Notes under the pieces: generated by a model
Database searches by the model: none
The model's input: the letters and a program-made list of their open reading frames with translations, nothing else
Told to the model about the DNA's origin: nothing
Part shown: piece after piece, positions 18,627-30,035 of the stretch
How positions within the stretch are numbered: the stretch's first letter is position 1
How the letters are laid out: the number at the start of each line of letters is the position of its first letter
Assembly (NCBI RefSeq): GCF_000186885.1
Contig: NC_014972.1
Location: forward strand, 1,920,001-1,952,000
Source of the DNA: Desulfobulbus propionicus DSM 2032
GTDB taxonomy: Bacteria > Desulfobacterota > Desulfobulbia > Desulfobulbales > Desulfobulbaceae
Reading direction: 5' to 3'
DNA length: 32,000 bases
Program-made: the position numbers and the translations under genes

Positions 18627-21241
18627 TCCTCCATGGTTGACATCTCCCCGGACAGACTGAAACAAAAGGTCGCTCCTTGTCCTTTTTCTCCCCGGGCATG
18701 CAGCCTGCCGCCGTGGCGGTGCACGATCCGTTGCACCGTTGCCAGCCCGATGCCGATGCCGGGGAACTCCTCCTGCCGGTGGAGCCGCTGGAACGGTTGA
18801 AACAATTTGTCGGCATGGGCCGGATCAAATCCAGCCCCATTATCCTCGATGCACATGTACGTCACGTCGCCCTCCTTTCTGGAAAACACCCGGATGATCG
18901 CCTCGTCGCGGCGGCAGGTGTATTTCCAGGCGTTGGCGAGCAGGTTGCGCACCACCACTTCGAGCATGGCCCGGTCGCCGCGGACCAGCAGATTGGGCTC
19001 GATGTGCCAGCGTACCTGGCGCTGGGGTTCCGCCGCAGCCAGGTCTTCCATGATCTGCCGAGCCATTGTGGACAGGTTCACCCGTTGTCGCTGCAATTCG
19101 CCCCGGGTGCTCCGCGACAGGGCCAACAGTCCATCGATCAGCTCCCCCATCTTGCGGCTGCCGATGATGATCTGCTCCAGGTAGACGCGGGCTTCGCCCT
19201 GAAGGAGGTCACCGTAGTCCTCGATCAAGGCCTGGGAAAAGCCGTTCATTGCCCGCAGGGGAGCACGCAGGTCGTGGGAGACGGCATAGGCAAAGCTGTC
19301 CAACTCCCGGTTGGCGGCCGTGAGCTCGGCGGTCCGCTCGGCCACCCGTTGTTCGAGTTCGGCATTGAGCTGGCGAATCTCCATCTCGGCCTCCTTGAAC
19401 CGGGTAATGTCCTCAGAAAAGATCAGGATGCCGCCGATGTCACCGGTGGCAGTATGCCAGGGACGAATTTCCCACCGCTCCCACTGCGTCTGACCGTTGG
19501 CCCGTTCAAAGCGGTCCTCGTCACGATGGAGGATCTCGCCAGCCAGGCCGCGACGGTGCAGCTCTTTCCAATCCGGACCTATTTCAGGAAAAATGTCGTA
19601 GTGGCATTGACCAAGGACAACAGCCTCGCCGATGGAGTAATTATGCAGCCAGCGCCGGCTGACGGCCAGATAGCGCATGTCCCGGTCAAACATGGCCAGG
19701 GCCGCCGGCGCGTGCTCGATGAACAGCGCCAGCCGTTCCTCGCTCTCCCGCAGGGCAGCCAGGACCGCTTCGGCTTTGCCCCGGGCAATGTTGGCGTCCT
19801 GCATCTGGTTGAGTGCCGCGATCCGGCCGTCCCGCTGGCGCTCCAGGGCCTCGGCCAGGGCCCGTTCTGCTTGTTCTTTCTCAGTTATATCAAGAACATA
19901 AGCAATTCGATTGACGGGCCGGCCTTCCTGATCATACAACGCGGTGATATCGATCAATACCGGAAAACGATGTCCCTCCTTGGTGACATGCTCGGTTTGG
20001 AACAAACCATGACTGGTGGAACGCAACGTGGCGACCAAGTCGTTCAAATCTTGTTGTCGGTCTGCCGGGAAGAGGCGCGACAAGGGCATGCCGGTCAGTT
20101 CTTCCCGCCCGTAGCCGCGCTGTCGGGCAAAAGCGGGATTGGCCGCCACGATGGTGTTGGTCTGGGCATCGGCGATCACCAGAGCCAGTTGGGCTTGGTC
20201 AAAGGATTCCGCCCACAGCCGCAAACGGCGTTCCGCCTGGTGGCGATCGGTTTCGTCGAGCAGAATGGTCAACTGCCCTTCCGGCATGAGCGTGGCGAAA
20301 AAGCGAACCAGCCGTTCGGTGCCATCCTTGCATCGCACTCGAAAATCGCCGCCCATGACCGTCTTGTTGTCCGGGCCGAGCCGGCTGAGAGCGGCGTTCC
20401 ACGAGGCCTGCACCTCGGCGCGATACACCGGATCGGGGTAGGCGAGATGCCACCAGTCGTCGACCGTGACGAGCTCTGCCGGAGTATAGCCAAACAGCTG
20501 CTCCATGCGGGCATTGCGGGCGAGAAAGACCTTGGCCTCATTGGTCAAGGTCATCGCAATCGGGGCCGCCTCGAAGAGGGTGCGGAAACGCTCCGCGCTT
20601 TCCTGTAAGGCGGCAAGGGCCTCGTTGAGTTGATGCACACGGAGCCGATCCTTCCGGCGCAGCCGATGGACGGCCCCGCTGACCAGGGAAATGATGAGGC
20701 CGTTGACAATCAGCAGGCTCAATTGGAACAGATCCTGCTCAGCGCCAATGGTGAAACTGCCCGCCGGAGGAATGAGCGCGTAGAGCGTGAGCAGCGTCGA
20801 GACCAGGGTGGCGAAAAGCCCGGGGCCCAAGCCGCCAAACAGGGCGGAAACAATGATCGGCAGGGCGAACATGAACATCAGGGGCCGCTTTTCGATGGGT
20901 ACCGGCAGGAGCAGCCGGAGGCACAGGACCACTCCGGTGAGGGCGGCGGCCAGGATATAGGCCAGCCAGCCAGGCAGGGGATGCGCGGAAACCAGATCGA
21001 ACAGCCCCTCGTCCATCGTTGTTGCCCGAATGTCCGACTCGGCGGCGGGCACGGCATGCAAAACGGAAAACAAGGCCATGCTGGTGACCAGCACGAAAAA
21101 AACACCCTTGGCCCGGGATATCCAGGCGATGGACTGGGAATCGCCCACGGTGGCCAGCAGCTGATCGGAAAGCAGGATCCAGGCGAGCGCCAGCAGCACA
21201 TAGCCGCCGGTGACAACAAGGATATAACGGCGGCGCGTCAT
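18623..21241 (-). CDS. Membrane multi-PAS sensor histidine kinase
   Basis: 872 aa; N-terminal TM segments, several PAS domains, SYAVSHDLRAPLRAMNGFSQALIEDYG H-box, CIEDNGAGFDPAHADKLFQPFQRLHRQEEFPGIGIGLATVQRIVHRHGG. Confidence 0.94.
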   Translation of the reverse strand: MTRRRYILVVTGGYVLLALAWILLSDQLLATVGDSQSIAWISRAKGVFFVLVTSMALFSVLHAVPAAESDIRATTMDEGLFDLVSAHPLPGWLAYILAAALTGVVLCLRLLLPVPIEKRPLMFMFALPIIVSALFGGLGPGLFATLVSTLLTLYALIPPAGSFTIGAEQDLFQLSLLIVNGLIISLVSGAVHRLRRKDRLRVHQLNEALAALQESAERFRTLFEAAPIAMTLTNEAKVFLARNARMEQLFGYTPAELVTVDDWWHLAYPDPVYRAEVQASWNAALSRLGPDNKTVMGGDFRVRCKDGTERLVRFFATLMPEGQLTILLDETDRHQAERRLRLWAESFDQAQLALVIADAQTNTIVAANPAFARQRGYGREELTGMPLSRLFPADRQQDLNDLVATLRSTSHGLFQTEHVTKEGHRFPVLIDITALYDQEGRPVNRIAYVLDITEKEQAERALAEALERQRDGRIAALNQMQDANIARGKAEAVLAALRESEERLALFIEHAPAALAMFDRDMRYLAVSRRWLHNYSIGEAVVLGQCHYDIFPEIGPDWKELHRRGLAGEILHRDEDRFERANGQTQWERWEIRPWHTATGDIGGILIFSEDITRFKEAEMEIRQLNAELEQRVAERTAELTAANRELDSFAYAVSHDLRAPLRAMNGFSQALIEDYGDLLQGEARVYLEQIIIGSRKMGELIDGLLALSRSTRGELQRQRVNLSTMARQIMEDLAAAEPQRQVRWHIEPNLLVRGDRAMLEVVVRNLLANAWKYTCRRDEAIIRVFSRKEGDVTYMCIEDNGAGFDPAHADKLFQPFQRLHRQEEFPGIGIGLATVQRIVHRHGGRLHARGEKGQGATFCFSLSGEMSTMEE

Positions 21242-23532
21242 GGCTCGTCCACCTCGACAAAGGAGAGATCAAAGGGTGGCGGCTGGCCAAGCTGTTCGGA
21301 CAACATGTTGATCTGGCGTTTGAGCTCGATCATTCGCAGTTCACGGCCAACCGAAGCGTGGTTAAACTGTTCTAGTTCCTCGTTGCGGCGCCGCAGTTCT
21401 TCTTCCACCTCCTTGCGCTCGGTGATGTCCTGGACAATGCCGGCCATCCTGCGGCCATCGCCGTCCTCGCCGCCCGCGTGCCGGCCGGCGGCCCAAATCC
21501 AGCGCAGCTGGCCATCCCGGCGCCAGATTCTACATTCGAAACTCCAATTGCCGCCCGTGGCGACCGCCTCCTGGAAGGCGGCGTCGACGTGCTGGCGATC
21601 GTCGGGATGGACATGGTCGAGAAACAGCTCATAGGTCCACTCGGGCAACAGGGCCGCATAGCCGAAGATCTGATCATGACGCAGCGATCGATAGGCGGTG
21701 TGATTGACGAGATCCAGGTCCCAGGCGCCGATCTGGCTGGTTTCCAGGGCAAAGCGGATGCGCTCTTCCCCTTCGTGCAACAGGGTCTGGGTGCGTTTGA
21801 GTTCGGTGATGTCGTTGCCAACGGTGAGAATGCCGGTGACGCGGCCCTGTTCGTCGCGGATCGCTTGATTGGTCCAGGCCATCCAGACACGGCGGCCGTC
21901 GCGGCAGATGTTTTCGTTGGTATTGTGCTGATACCGTTCCGGGGCGGCAATGATGCCACGGACCATGTCCGTCAGATCGGCTCCGTTGGCATCCTCCTTG
22001 GGCACCAGGACACCGATGTGCTGGCCGACGATCTCTTCCTCGCTCCAGCCAAACAACCGTTGGGCAAAGGTATTGATGAAGGTGATGTATCCTTCCCCGG
22101 ACCAATGAATGATGGCGCTGTTGGCGTTCTCCACCAACTGGCGGTAGCGCTGTTCGCTGGCCAGCAGGGCCGCCTCTGCCTCCTTGCGCGCCTGGATGTC
22201 CTCCACCACCGCGACATAGCAGTCTGGAATGCCCTCAATGTTTCGGATCAGGGTGACGCACAGGTTGACCCAGATGGGGGTGCCGTCCTTGCGCAGGTAG
22301 CGTTTTTCCAGGGAGTAGTGTCCGTCCTCGCCGTCGATCAGGCGCCGTTTGGCCAGCAGATCGGCTTCGAGATCATCCGGATGGGTCAGCTGCGGGATGC
22401 CGAGGGCAAGCAGTTCTTCCCGGCTGTAACCGAGAATGGTGCAGAACTGACGGTTTACCCGCAGCCAATGCCCCTCAAGCGTGACCAGGGCGATGCCGAC
22501 CGCGGCCTGCTCGAAGGTGGCATCGAAGCGACTTTCGCTCAAGCGAAGATGCTCGGCTTGTTGGGTGAGCGATTGTTGCACCGTGGCGATCTCGCGAATC
22601 GTGATGGACGAATGACCGGTTCCGTTCGCTCGAGTGAGCGCGGTGATCTGTCGGGTCAAACAACGACCGGCCATGGTGCCGCCAAGCAGGCTGGCGGCGA
22701 TGGCCACCGTCAGGGCCAAGGCCAAGCCAATGCCGGTGGTCGCTATGGGTGCCCAATAGACGGTGCGCGGAATTTCCAGAACCACCGACCAGGGGGAGGT
22801 GGTCAATCTGGCCGTAAACCGTCCCATGCTCTCGATATCGCGCCTGGCATCGAAAGAGGAAGGCGCCCGGCGGGCAATGACATCCCCGCGGCCATCCACC
22901 AGTGACAGCGCCCATGTGTTGGGAAACACGACCTGGTCGAGCCGTTCCTGAAACTGTCGGGTGGCAATGGTGGTCAGCAGGATGTGGGTGACCGTGCCGG
23001 CACGGATTCCCGGCACGGCGATGGCCACCAACGGTTCCTTGGCGACCGGTCCCAAAAAGGTGTCGCTCACTGCCGGCCGCCTGGTGGCGAGGGCCGTCGG
23101 CGCGGCGGCCTGTCCCTGGAAACGCGGCAGCGGCGGCAGGGCGGCGCCCAGGGGGGTGCGGGTGTTGAACAGCATCGGCATGGGATCGCCAAGGCCGGCA
23201 AGGATGACATGGCTGCCAAAGCGTTCCTTGTATCCGAGCGCCTGGGCGTACAAGTCCGGCCAGCGTTGCGGATCGTCGGCCAGGGGCGAGGCCGCCAACA
23301 GATGGAGCGCCCCGATCCGGGCGTCCAAATGGTAATCGATGGCCGTGGCCAGATTTTCGGCGATGGTGGCCGCCTGGCGCCGCATTTCCGCTTGTTTGTC
23401 GAGCACATCGTCAACGGCCAGCCAACCGGCCGTGAGGACCAGCGGCAGGATGGTCAGCAGGAGCAATCCAGTGAGAAAGGTGGACAATGGGCGTTGCGTC
23501 ATGCGATCTCTTCTGCGTTTCCTGCGGCCCAT
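21238..23532 (-). CDS. Membrane Cache-like multi-PAS sensor protein with no visible kinase domain
   Basis: N-terminal TM plus extracytoplasmic sensor, second TM (IATTGIGLALALTVAIAASLLG), three PAS/PAC units, ending ...NHASVGRELRMIELKRQINMLSEQLGQPPPFDLSFVEVDEP*. No HATPase motifs. The start may be at an internal Met (MTQRPLS). Confidence 0.88.
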   Translation of the reverse strand: MGRRKRRRDRMTQRPLSTFLTGLLLLTILPLVLTAGWLAVDDVLDKQAEMRRQAATIAENLATAIDYHLDARIGALHLLAASPLADDPQRWPDLYAQALGYKERFGSHVILAGLGDPMPMLFNTRTPLGAALPPLPRFQGQAAAPTALATRRPAVSDTFLGPVAKEPLVAIAVPGIRAGTVTHILLTTIATRQFQERLDQVVFPNTWALSLVDGRGDVIARRAPSSFDARRDIESMGRFTARLTTSPWSVVLEIPRTVYWAPIATTGIGLALALTVAIAASLLGGTMAGRCLTRQITALTRANGTGHSSITIREIATVQQSLTQQAEHLRLSESRFDATFEQAAVGIALVTLEGHWLRVNRQFCTILGYSREELLALGIPQLTHPDDLEADLLAKRRLIDGEDGHYSLEKRYLRKDGTPIWVNLCVTLIRNIEGIPDCYVAVVEDIQARKEAEAALLASEQRYRQLVENANSAIIHWSGEGYITFINTFAQRLFGWSEEEIVGQHIGVLVPKEDANGADLTDMVRGIIAAPERYQHNTNENICRDGRRVWMAWTNQAIRDEQGRVTGILTVGNDITELKRTQTLLHEGEERIRFALETSQIGAWDLDLVNHTAYRSLRHDQIFGYAALLPEWTYELFLDHVHPDDRQHVDAAFQEAVATGGNWSFECRIWRRDGQLRWIWAAGRHAGGEDGDGRRMAGIVQDITERKEVEEELRRRNEELEQFNHASVGRELRMIELKRQINMLSEQLGQPPPFDLSFVEVDEP

Positions 23533-23677
23533 TCCCCAAGGCGGGACAGGCGAGGCATTGGCGGTATTGTTTCAGGGATATTGTTTTCTGATAGCCTAGA
23601 AAATCGATTATGGCAAGTCTACGGCAGAAGAGGCTTGCGGTCGGCGGGAACGCGAAAGCTGTCCCCTCGAACGTACC

Positions 23678-26600
23678 CTAGAGTGAGCGTGCCGGGGACA
23701 CATCCGCCGGCACGGTTTTGCCGAGCGCCTCCCTGAGTTTGACGGAAAGATCCGAGCGCGTGAACGGCTTGTGAATGAACTGCACCCCCGCGCTGACCAC
23801 TTCCTGGGGCATGATGATATTATCGGTATATCCAGACATATAGAGCACGTTGAGTTGTGGATGCAGGCCTGCCAGCTGTTGCCGCAATGCATGGCCGTTC
23901 ATTCCCGGCAGGATCACATCGGTGAGCAGGAGGTCAATCTTGCCGGTCCATTCCCTGGCCAGATGCAAGGCCTGTTCGGGGAGACGGGAGGCCAGCACCG
24001 TATATCCCAAGCGTTCCAGCATGGTGGTGACCATGGTCAAGATGGCGCGATCATCCTCGACCAGCAACACGGTTTCCTGGTGTCCTGGGGCCATGTCGGT
24101 GCTCGCTGGGCGCGCGGCGCGCGCTGGTTGCGCGTGATGCGCCGGGAGATGGATGTCGAACCTGGTCCCCTGGCCGGGTGTGCTGTGGACCTGGATTGTT
24201 CCCCGGTTCTGTTTGACGATTCCATAGACCGTGGACAGCCCGAGTCCGGTGCCGTGACCGACTCCCTTGGTGGTGAAAAATGGTTCGAATATTTTATCGA
24301 TCAGTGGTTTTTCGATGCCGCAGCCCGTGTCGCTCACCGAGAGCCGCACGTAGGCGCCGGGGGCACATTCATCGTTTTCCGCCCGGTTTCCTTCATCCAC
24401 GACAACATCCTGGGTGGCGATGACGATGGTTCCGGTCCCGTCGATGGCATCGCGGGCATTGATGCAGAGGTTGGCCACAATCTGATCCACCTGAACCGGA
24501 TCCATGGTGATGGCCGGCACCCCCTGGGCGGGACGCCAGATCAGTTCAATCTGTTCGCCGAGCATCGGCCTGAGCATGTTCAGCATGCCTTCGACCGTGC
24601 TGTTGAGGTTCAGCACCTTGGGCGCGATGATCTGCTGTCTGGAAAAGGCGAGCAACTGGCGGACAATATCGGCGGAGCGACTGGCCGCCTCCAGGATCTT
24701 GCGCAGGTTGTGATGGATTTTCTGTGACGGCTCCGTCTGTTCCAGGGCCATTTCCGTGTAGCCGATGATCACCGAGAGGATATTGTTGAAATCGTGGGCC
24801 ACGCCGCCGGTCAATCGACCAACCGACTCCATTTTCTGCGCCTGGAGAAATTGCTGTTCCAACTTGAGATGAGCGGTGATATCCCGTTTTACCGCCACAT
24901 AGTTGATGATCTCCCCCCCTGGAGCGAACACCGGTGAAATGGTCGCCTCTTCGGTATACAGCGAACCATCCTTGCGTTTGTTGACCAAACGGCCGTTCCA
25001 CGTTTTCCCTTTGGAGATGGTCGCCCACAAGTCCTGATAAAAGGCTGCGTCGTGCTGGCCGCTTTTGAGCACGCGCGGATTCTGGCCGACAATATCCTCC
25101 AGGGTGTGGCCGGTGAGCTGTTCAAAGGCGGGATTGGCGTATTGCACGGTTCCCTGGGGGTCGGTGACAATGAAGATTTCTCCGGCTTGGTCGATGGCCA
25201 CCCGCAGCCGTTCCAGATCGGCGGCCTTCTGCTTGGTCTCGGTGATGTCCAGGGCGGTGAAGGTGACGCCCTCGCCGAGATCCCCGGGGTTGAACGGCGT
25301 GGATCCGAGCAGAACATCGATGCATTGGCCATCCTTGCGCACCCATTGGGTTTCCATTGTTCCTGTCCCCCGTTGCGCGATCATCCGATATTTTCCCACG
25401 CCGACACGCAGGTATTCGTGCTCGTCGGGGTAGAGCAAGCGCGCGTCCTGGCCTGTCAGCTCTGCCTGGGTATAGCCGGTCATCGCGCACAGGTGATCGT
25501 TGACCGTGACAAACACGCGCTGCCGGACGACGCCAATGCCCACGGGGGCCGCCCGAAAGATGCTGCGCAGATAATTCTCCTTGGCCTGCAAGGCCTCTTG
25601 GGCCATCTTCTGGCTGGTGACATCGTGGACGATGGAATGGAGCAGGGTTCTGCCGGCCACTTCGATGTTGCTGTTGAACACATCAACATCGCGGACCGAG
25701 CCATCCGCCAACCGGTGGCGAAAGGCAAAATACTTGCGCCGGGCATGCTTGGCCTTGTTGATTTCCCGTTGAATGTCCTCCAGCGGCAAGGTGTTGATCT
25801 GGGCGATATTCATCTGGATGAGGAGCTCTTTGGGCCACCCGTAAAACAGTTCCGCCGCCTGGTTGGCCTCGATGATATCGCCGGTGTCTGGATCAATGAT
25901 CAGCTTGACTGCCGCGTGGTGTTCAAAGAGATTTCTGAACAACAACTCGCTGCGTTGCAGCCGTTGCCGGGCCCTGTCTTCCTCGCCGATATCGCGAAAG
26001 ACGAGCACCGTGCCGGCGCGGTCATGGTGCCCGTCACGGATTGCGGCGGTGTGTTGGGTGATCGTGTACTGGGCGCCATCACGGCAACGGAGGACAGCCC
26101 GGCCGGCGGAACCTTCCCTGGGGACAGGACCGCCCTGGCCATCGACCATCCGCACGACCTCGGTCAGCGGTTTGTTGATGGCCTCGGCAAGCGTCCAGCC
26201 CGTCAGCGCCTCGGCCACGGGATTCATGAACAGAACCCTGTTGTGGGCATCCGTCGAGAGGACGGCCTCGCCAAGGGAGTGCAAAATGGTGTGCAGGTGC
26301 TCCTTGGTTTGTCGCACTTCGTTGAGAAAGCGAAAGCGGTTTTCCTGATCCAGGAGAATTTTCCCGGCAAGAAGGGTGGCCAGGGGATAAAGCATCAGCA
26401 CCGGCAGGCCGATCGATGCAAGGGTATCCAGGGCCCTGGGCAGGGGCAGGGAGAACAGCATGGTCAGCATGGCACAGTGGACAAGCAGACCAAAGCGGTA
26501 CAGATCCCACGCGGTGAGCGAGGTCGTGTTCCCTCGAAGAGAACGATGGACAAGCAGGCCAATGCCCGAGGAACTGAGCACCAACAGTACCCCGGTGGCC

Positions 26601-26899
26601 ATGCCCATCCCTCCCATTGCCAACCGCGAGCCGATGGTGCACAGCGAGGCGAGGGTGGCGGTCACCGGTCCGTAAAAGAGCGCGCCCAGACTGAGGATCA
26701 TGGAGCGGCCATCGAAAAACAGACCCGGCTCGACCTGCACGGGATGGAGCATGCCCAGGACGGCGACACCGCCAAACAGGCAGCCCTGCACCACCTGACC
26801 CTGCAAGGTCTGCCGCGCCCAGCGTTGTTCAACAAAGCCGGAGACAACGCTCAGGGCGATCAACAGGGTCAGGTTGAAAAGAAGATCATGGAAGATCAT
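23678..26899 (-). CDS. Hybrid sensor histidine kinase with N-terminal LytS-like multi-TM domain
   Basis: [48 protein letters not shown]; multiple PAS; [23 protein letters not shown]; [40 protein letters not shown]; C-terminal REC. The ORF track starts at 27022 inside cheB. Confidence 0.92.
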   Translation of the reverse strand: MIFHDLLFNLTLLIALSVVSGFVEQRWARQTLQGQVVQGCLFGGVAVLGMLHPVQVEPGLFFDGRSMILSLGALFYGPVTATLASLCTIGSRLAMGGMGMATGVLLVLSSSGIGLLVHRSLRGNTTSLTAWDLYRFGLLVHCAMLTMLFSLPLPRALDTLASIGLPVLMLYPLATLLAGKILLDQENRFRFLNEVRQTKEHLHTILHSLGEAVLSTDAHNRVLFMNPVAEALTGWTLAEAINKPLTEVVRMVDGQGGPVPREGSAGRAVLRCRDGAQYTITQHTAAIRDGHHDRAGTVLVFRDIGEEDRARQRLQRSELLFRNLFEHHAAVKLIIDPDTGDIIEANQAAELFYGWPKELLIQMNIAQINTLPLEDIQREINKAKHARRKYFAFRHRLADGSVRDVDVFNSNIEVAGRTLLHSIVHDVTSQKMAQEALQAKENYLRSIFRAAPVGIGVVRQRVFVTVNDHLCAMTGYTQAELTGQDARLLYPDEHEYLRVGVGKYRMIAQRGTGTMETQWVRKDGQCIDVLLGSTPFNPGDLGEGVTFTALDITETKQKAADLERLRVAIDQAGEIFIVTDPQGTVQYANPAFEQLTGHTLEDIVGQNPRVLKSGQHDAAFYQDLWATISKGKTWNGRLVNKRKDGSLYTEEATISPVFAPGGEIINYVAVKRDITAHLKLEQQFLQAQKMESVGRLTGGVAHDFNNILSVIIGYTEMALEQTEPSQKIHHNLRKILEAASRSADIVRQLLAFSRQQIIAPKVLNLNSTVEGMLNMLRPMLGEQIELIWRPAQGVPAITMDPVQVDQIVANLCINARDAIDGTGTIVIATQDVVVDEGNRAENDECAPGAYVRLSVSDTGCGIEKPLIDKIFEPFFTTKGVGHGTGLGLSTVYGIVKQNRGTIQVHSTPGQGTRFDIHLPAHHAQPARAARPASTDMAPGHQETVLLVEDDRAILTMVTTMLERLGYTVLASRLPEQALHLAREWTGKIDLLLTDVILPGMNGHALRQQLAGLHPQLNVLYMSGYTDNIIMPQEVVSAGVQFIHKPFTRSDLSVKLREALGKTVPADVSPARSL

Positions 26900-26954
26900 G
26901 GGAAAAGCAATGGGTTGTGTGTCGATCTGGAAGATGTTATTCGGTGCGCCGGCA

Positions 26955-28028
26955 TCAGACGCACAGCCGCAATACCTCGGGGGCGATGCGCTCAAGGGGC
27001 AGCACCTTGTGCACCCCGCCATGTTTGATCGCCTCGGCCGGCATGCCGAAGACCACGCAGCTGGCCTCGTCCTGGGCGATGGTGATCGCGCCGGCCTCGA
27101 ACAGTTCCCTCATGCTCCGCGCGCCGTCATCGCCCATGCCGGTCATGATCACCCCAACCACGTTCTTGCCGCCATAGCGGGCGGCGGAGCGGAACAGCAC
27201 GTCCACCGACGGCCGGTGCCGCGAAACCAGGGGGCCGTCCTTCACTTCCACATGATACCGGGCGCCGCTGCGCTTGAGCAGGGTATGTCGATTGCCAGGG
27301 GCGATCAGCACCCGGCCAGGCACCACGCTATCGTTGTCCATGGCTTCCTTGACCGTTACCCGGCACAGGCCATCCAGCCGTCGGGCAAAGGCGGCGGTGA
27401 AATATTCGGGCATGTGCTGGACGATCACCACCCCGGGCGCATCCTCGGGCAGCATCTCCAGAAAAACCTTCAGGGCCTCGGTGCCGCCGGTGGAGGCGCC
27501 GACCATCACCACCTTGTCGGTGGTCTGGAGCATGGCCTGGGAGGTCGGTTTGGCCATGATCACGTCGGCTGAATAGCGGGGTGACGGTTCTTTCAGCGTG
27601 CTGCGGCCAGGTGGTGTTTTCCCCGGACGGACAGCGGCGGCGCCCTTGATCGCGTCGCAGATCATGATGCGCGACTCCTCGATGAACTGCTTGGTGCCCA
27701 TGCGCGGCTTGGTGATGATGTCGACAGCCCCGTATTCGATGGCCTTGAGCATCGATTCGCTGCCCCCACCGGCCAGGCTGGAGCACATCACCACCGGAAT
27801 GGGATGCTGACTCATGAGCTTGCGCAGGAAGGTCAAGCCATCCATGCGCGGCATTTCGATGTCCAGGGTGATGACATCGGGGATGACCGTGCGCAGCCGT
27901 TCCGCCGCGGCAAAGGGGTCGGCGGCGGTGGCAACCACCTCGATATCCGGGTCAGCGTTGAGTATCGCACACAGGGTTTGCCGCACCAGGGCCGAGTCGT
28001 CGACCACCAGCACCTTGATTTTCTTCAC
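26955..28028 (-). CDS. cheB: Chemotaxis response regulator / protein-glutamate methylesterase CheB
   Basis: [19 protein letters not shown]; [21 protein letters not shown]; [14 protein letters not shown]; [20 protein letters not shown]; [15 protein letters not shown]. Likely GTG start; the ORF track starts at 28055. Confidence 0.95.
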   Translation of the reverse strand: MKKIKVLVVDDSALVRQTLCAILNADPDIEVVATAADPFAAAERLRTVIPDVITLDIEMPRMDGLTFLRKLMSQHPIPVVMCSSLAGGGSESMLKAIEYGAVDIITKPRMGTKQFIEESRIMICDAIKGAAAVRPGKTPPGRSTLKEPSPRYSADVIMAKPTSQAMLQTTDKVVMVGASTGGTEALKVFLEMLPEDAPGVVIVQHMPEYFTAAFARRLDGLCRVTVKEAMDNDSVVPGRVLIAPGNRHTLLKRSGARYHVEVKDGPLVSRHRPSVDVLFRSAARYGGKNVVGVIMTGMGDDGARSMRELFEAGAITIAQDEASCVVFGMPAEAIKHGGVHKVLPLERIAPEVLRLCV

Positions 28029-28543
28029 GGAAACCTCCCTTGCATGCAGGTGCAACCGTTGTCCCTGTGTCGCAGTTTGCGTACATAGACATCGCCGGTC
28101 TTGATCGAGAACAGCACTTTCCTTCCCACGTTCCCGCCAGTGTCGGCATTGGCGATACCCAGGCCAAGCTGTTCCAAGGTCTGCCGGGCCTGGCGGATGT
28201 TCTGCGCGCCCACCGCCAGCCTGGCATCGATGATCGGCTCGCAGGCCAGGACTTGGGCGCCGCCGAACAGTTTGACCACCAGTTGCTTGCTGCGCCGGTA
28301 CCGTTGTATCTGTTGATACATGGCACGCACCGCCGTGCCCACGTGGCGCAGGTCGTTGTTGCCGGACGGATCGTCCGGAAGCATCGCGTGGCAGATGGCG
28401 CCGATACCCTGATCCGGGGCATACAGGGTCACCGCCACACAGGAGCCTAGAATGGTGCTCACCAGCAGGGGTTCGGCGGTCACGATCACCTCGCCCGGCT
28501 TGAGAAAGGCTTGCCTGCTATGGCCGGCGAGAAAGGGGATCAT
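28025..28543 (-). CDS. cheD: Chemoreceptor glutamine deamidase CheD
   Basis: [44 protein letters not shown], [17 protein letters not shown] region, [26 protein letters not shown]. Confidence 0.95.
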   Translation of the reverse strand: MIPFLAGHSRQAFLKPGEVIVTAEPLLVSTILGSCVAVTLYAPDQGIGAICHAMLPDDPSGNNDLRHVGTAVRAMYQQIQRYRRSKQLVVKLFGGAQVLACEPIIDARLAVGAQNIRQARQTLEQLGLGIANADTGGNVGRKVLFSIKTGDVYVRKLRHRDNGCTCMQGRFP

Positions 28544-29460
28544 TGTTTCTGATAGACGGTGGAACCCACGGTGACGAAATCGACATCCAGACCGTTGATG
28601 GTTTCGGAATGGCCGAGAAACAGATAGCCGCCCGGGCGGAGTTGACGATGGAACTTGCGGATCAGCTCCTGCTGGGTGGGTTTGTCGAAATAGATGATCA
28701 CGTTGCGGCAGAAAATGATGTCCATTTTCTCGGACAGGCCGAAATGATCCTCCATGAAATTGATCCGGCGAAACACCACCCGCGCCCGCAGTTCCGGGCT
28801 GATGCGCACCAGGCCACGGCTCCGGTCCTTGCTGCGCAGGAGATATTTTTTCTTCAGGCCGATAGCGATGCCCTCGGTGCGTTCCTGGGGATAGACCCCG
28901 GTTTGCGCGGCTTCGAGAATGCGGGTGCTGATATCCGAGGCCAGGATGGAAAAACGGAATGGGGGATGCCCCGCCGCGAATTCGGCGAGCACCATGGCCA
29001 GGGTATAGGGTTCCTCGCCGCTGGAACAGCCGGCGCTCCACAGGCGCAGGGGTTCCTCGAACCGATCGCCCCGCCGCGCCCGCAGCGCGGGCAGGGCCGT
29101 GTGGGTCAGATACTCGAAATGGCCGGGTTCGCGAAAAAAATCGGTCTTGTTGGTGGTGACCACGTCGATCAGGTGCACCATTTCCGTCCGCTGCCCTTCG
29201 GGACTGAAGACATAGCTGCCGTAGGCCTCGAAGGAATCCAGGCGCAGGACCTTGAGCCGCTTGTGCAGCCTGGATTCAAGCATGGTCTTTTTCGCCGGCG
29301 GCAGTTGGATGCCCACCCGTTGGCGGATCAGGGCGCTAAACTGCGTGAACTCCCTGTCGCGCATTTTAGCCGGCGCCAGCCCCTGGGACGTGCGCCCTGT
29401 TTCCGCCGCTGTCGGCTGCATGTTCCGCTTCCCGCAACTGGTTCGCTTATTGGGCCGCAT
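28540..29460 (-). CDS. cheR: Chemotaxis protein methyltransferase CheR
   Basis: VVTTNKTDFFREPGHFEYL, LRLWSAGCSSGEEPYTLAM, ILASDISTRILEAAQTGVYP, MDIIFCRNVIIYFDKPTQQELIRKF, GYLFLGHSETI. A start further in is possible. Confidence 0.96.
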   Translation of the reverse strand: MRPNKRTSCGKRNMQPTAAETGRTSQGLAPAKMRDREFTQFSALIRQRVGIQLPPAKKTMLESRLHKRLKVLRLDSFEAYGSYVFSPEGQRTEMVHLIDVVTTNKTDFFREPGHFEYLTHTALPALRARRGDRFEEPLRLWSAGCSSGEEPYTLAMVLAEFAAGHPPFRFSILASDISTRILEAAQTGVYPQERTEGIAIGLKKKYLLRSKDRSRGLVRISPELRARVVFRRINFMEDHFGLSEKMDIIFCRNVIIYFDKPTQQELIRKFHRQLRPGGYLFLGHSETINGLDVDFVTVGSTVYQKQ

Positions 29461-29935
29461 TGCCCTGGATATCGCCCAGTTGCTCGGACGAGAACACCTT
29501 GTCGATATCGAGGATCATGACAAAATCATGATCGACCTTGCCCATGCCACGGATGAACTCGGTGTTCAGCTTGGTGCCCAGTTGGGGTGGCGGCTCGATC
29601 TGCTCGGGCTCCATCTCCACCACCTCCTGGACCGAATCGGCCAGCACGCCGAGGATCAGCACCTCGCCCGCCAGGTTGACCTCGACCACGATGATACAGG
29701 TATTGACGGTCTGTTCGGTGCATGGCATGCCGAAGTTGAGCCGCAGATCCACCACCGGCACCACGCTGCCGCGCAGGTTGATCACCCCGCGCATGAACTC
29801 CGGGGTTTGCGGCACCTTGGTGATGGAGGTCATCTCCAGAATTTCCCGCACTTTGGCGACATCGAAGGCAAAGACCTCGTCGGCCAGTTTAAAGGTCAGG
29901 TATTGAACAGTTTCAGTGATTCCGGCCACGCTCAT
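29447..29935 (-). CDS. cheW: Chemotaxis coupling protein CheW
   Basis: QYLTFKLADEVFAFDVAKVREILE, PEFMRGVINLRGSVVPVVDLRLNFG, GVLADSVQEVVEM. The ORF track start at 30085 runs into the MCP; MSVAG at 29935 is more likely. Confidence 0.94.
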   Translation of the reverse strand: MSVAGITETVQYLTFKLADEVFAFDVAKVREILEMTSITKVPQTPEFMRGVINLRGSVVPVVDLRLNFGMPCTEQTVNTCIIVVEVNLAGEVLILGVLADSVQEVVEMEPEQIEPPPQLGTKLNTEFIRGMGKVDHDFVMILDIDKVFSSEQLGDIQGNAAQ

Positions 29936-30035
29936 GGGTGTTTCCTCGTGTGTGTTCCAGTGAAAGGCAGGCTGGAACGGCGGGGCGAACGTTGCTCGAC
30001 CCGCGCCCTTCCAGCCCAATGGGAGGCAATCCGGC

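Noticed and set aside
18677-20608. 643-aa plus-strand ORF
   Set aside because: Antisense shadow of the multi-PAS histidine kinase.
25052-27028. 658-aa plus-strand ORF
   Set aside because: Antisense to the hybrid kinase with strong PAS/HisKA/HATPase/REC motifs; no recognisable motifs of its own. A long shadow ORF is expected in GC-rich DNA.
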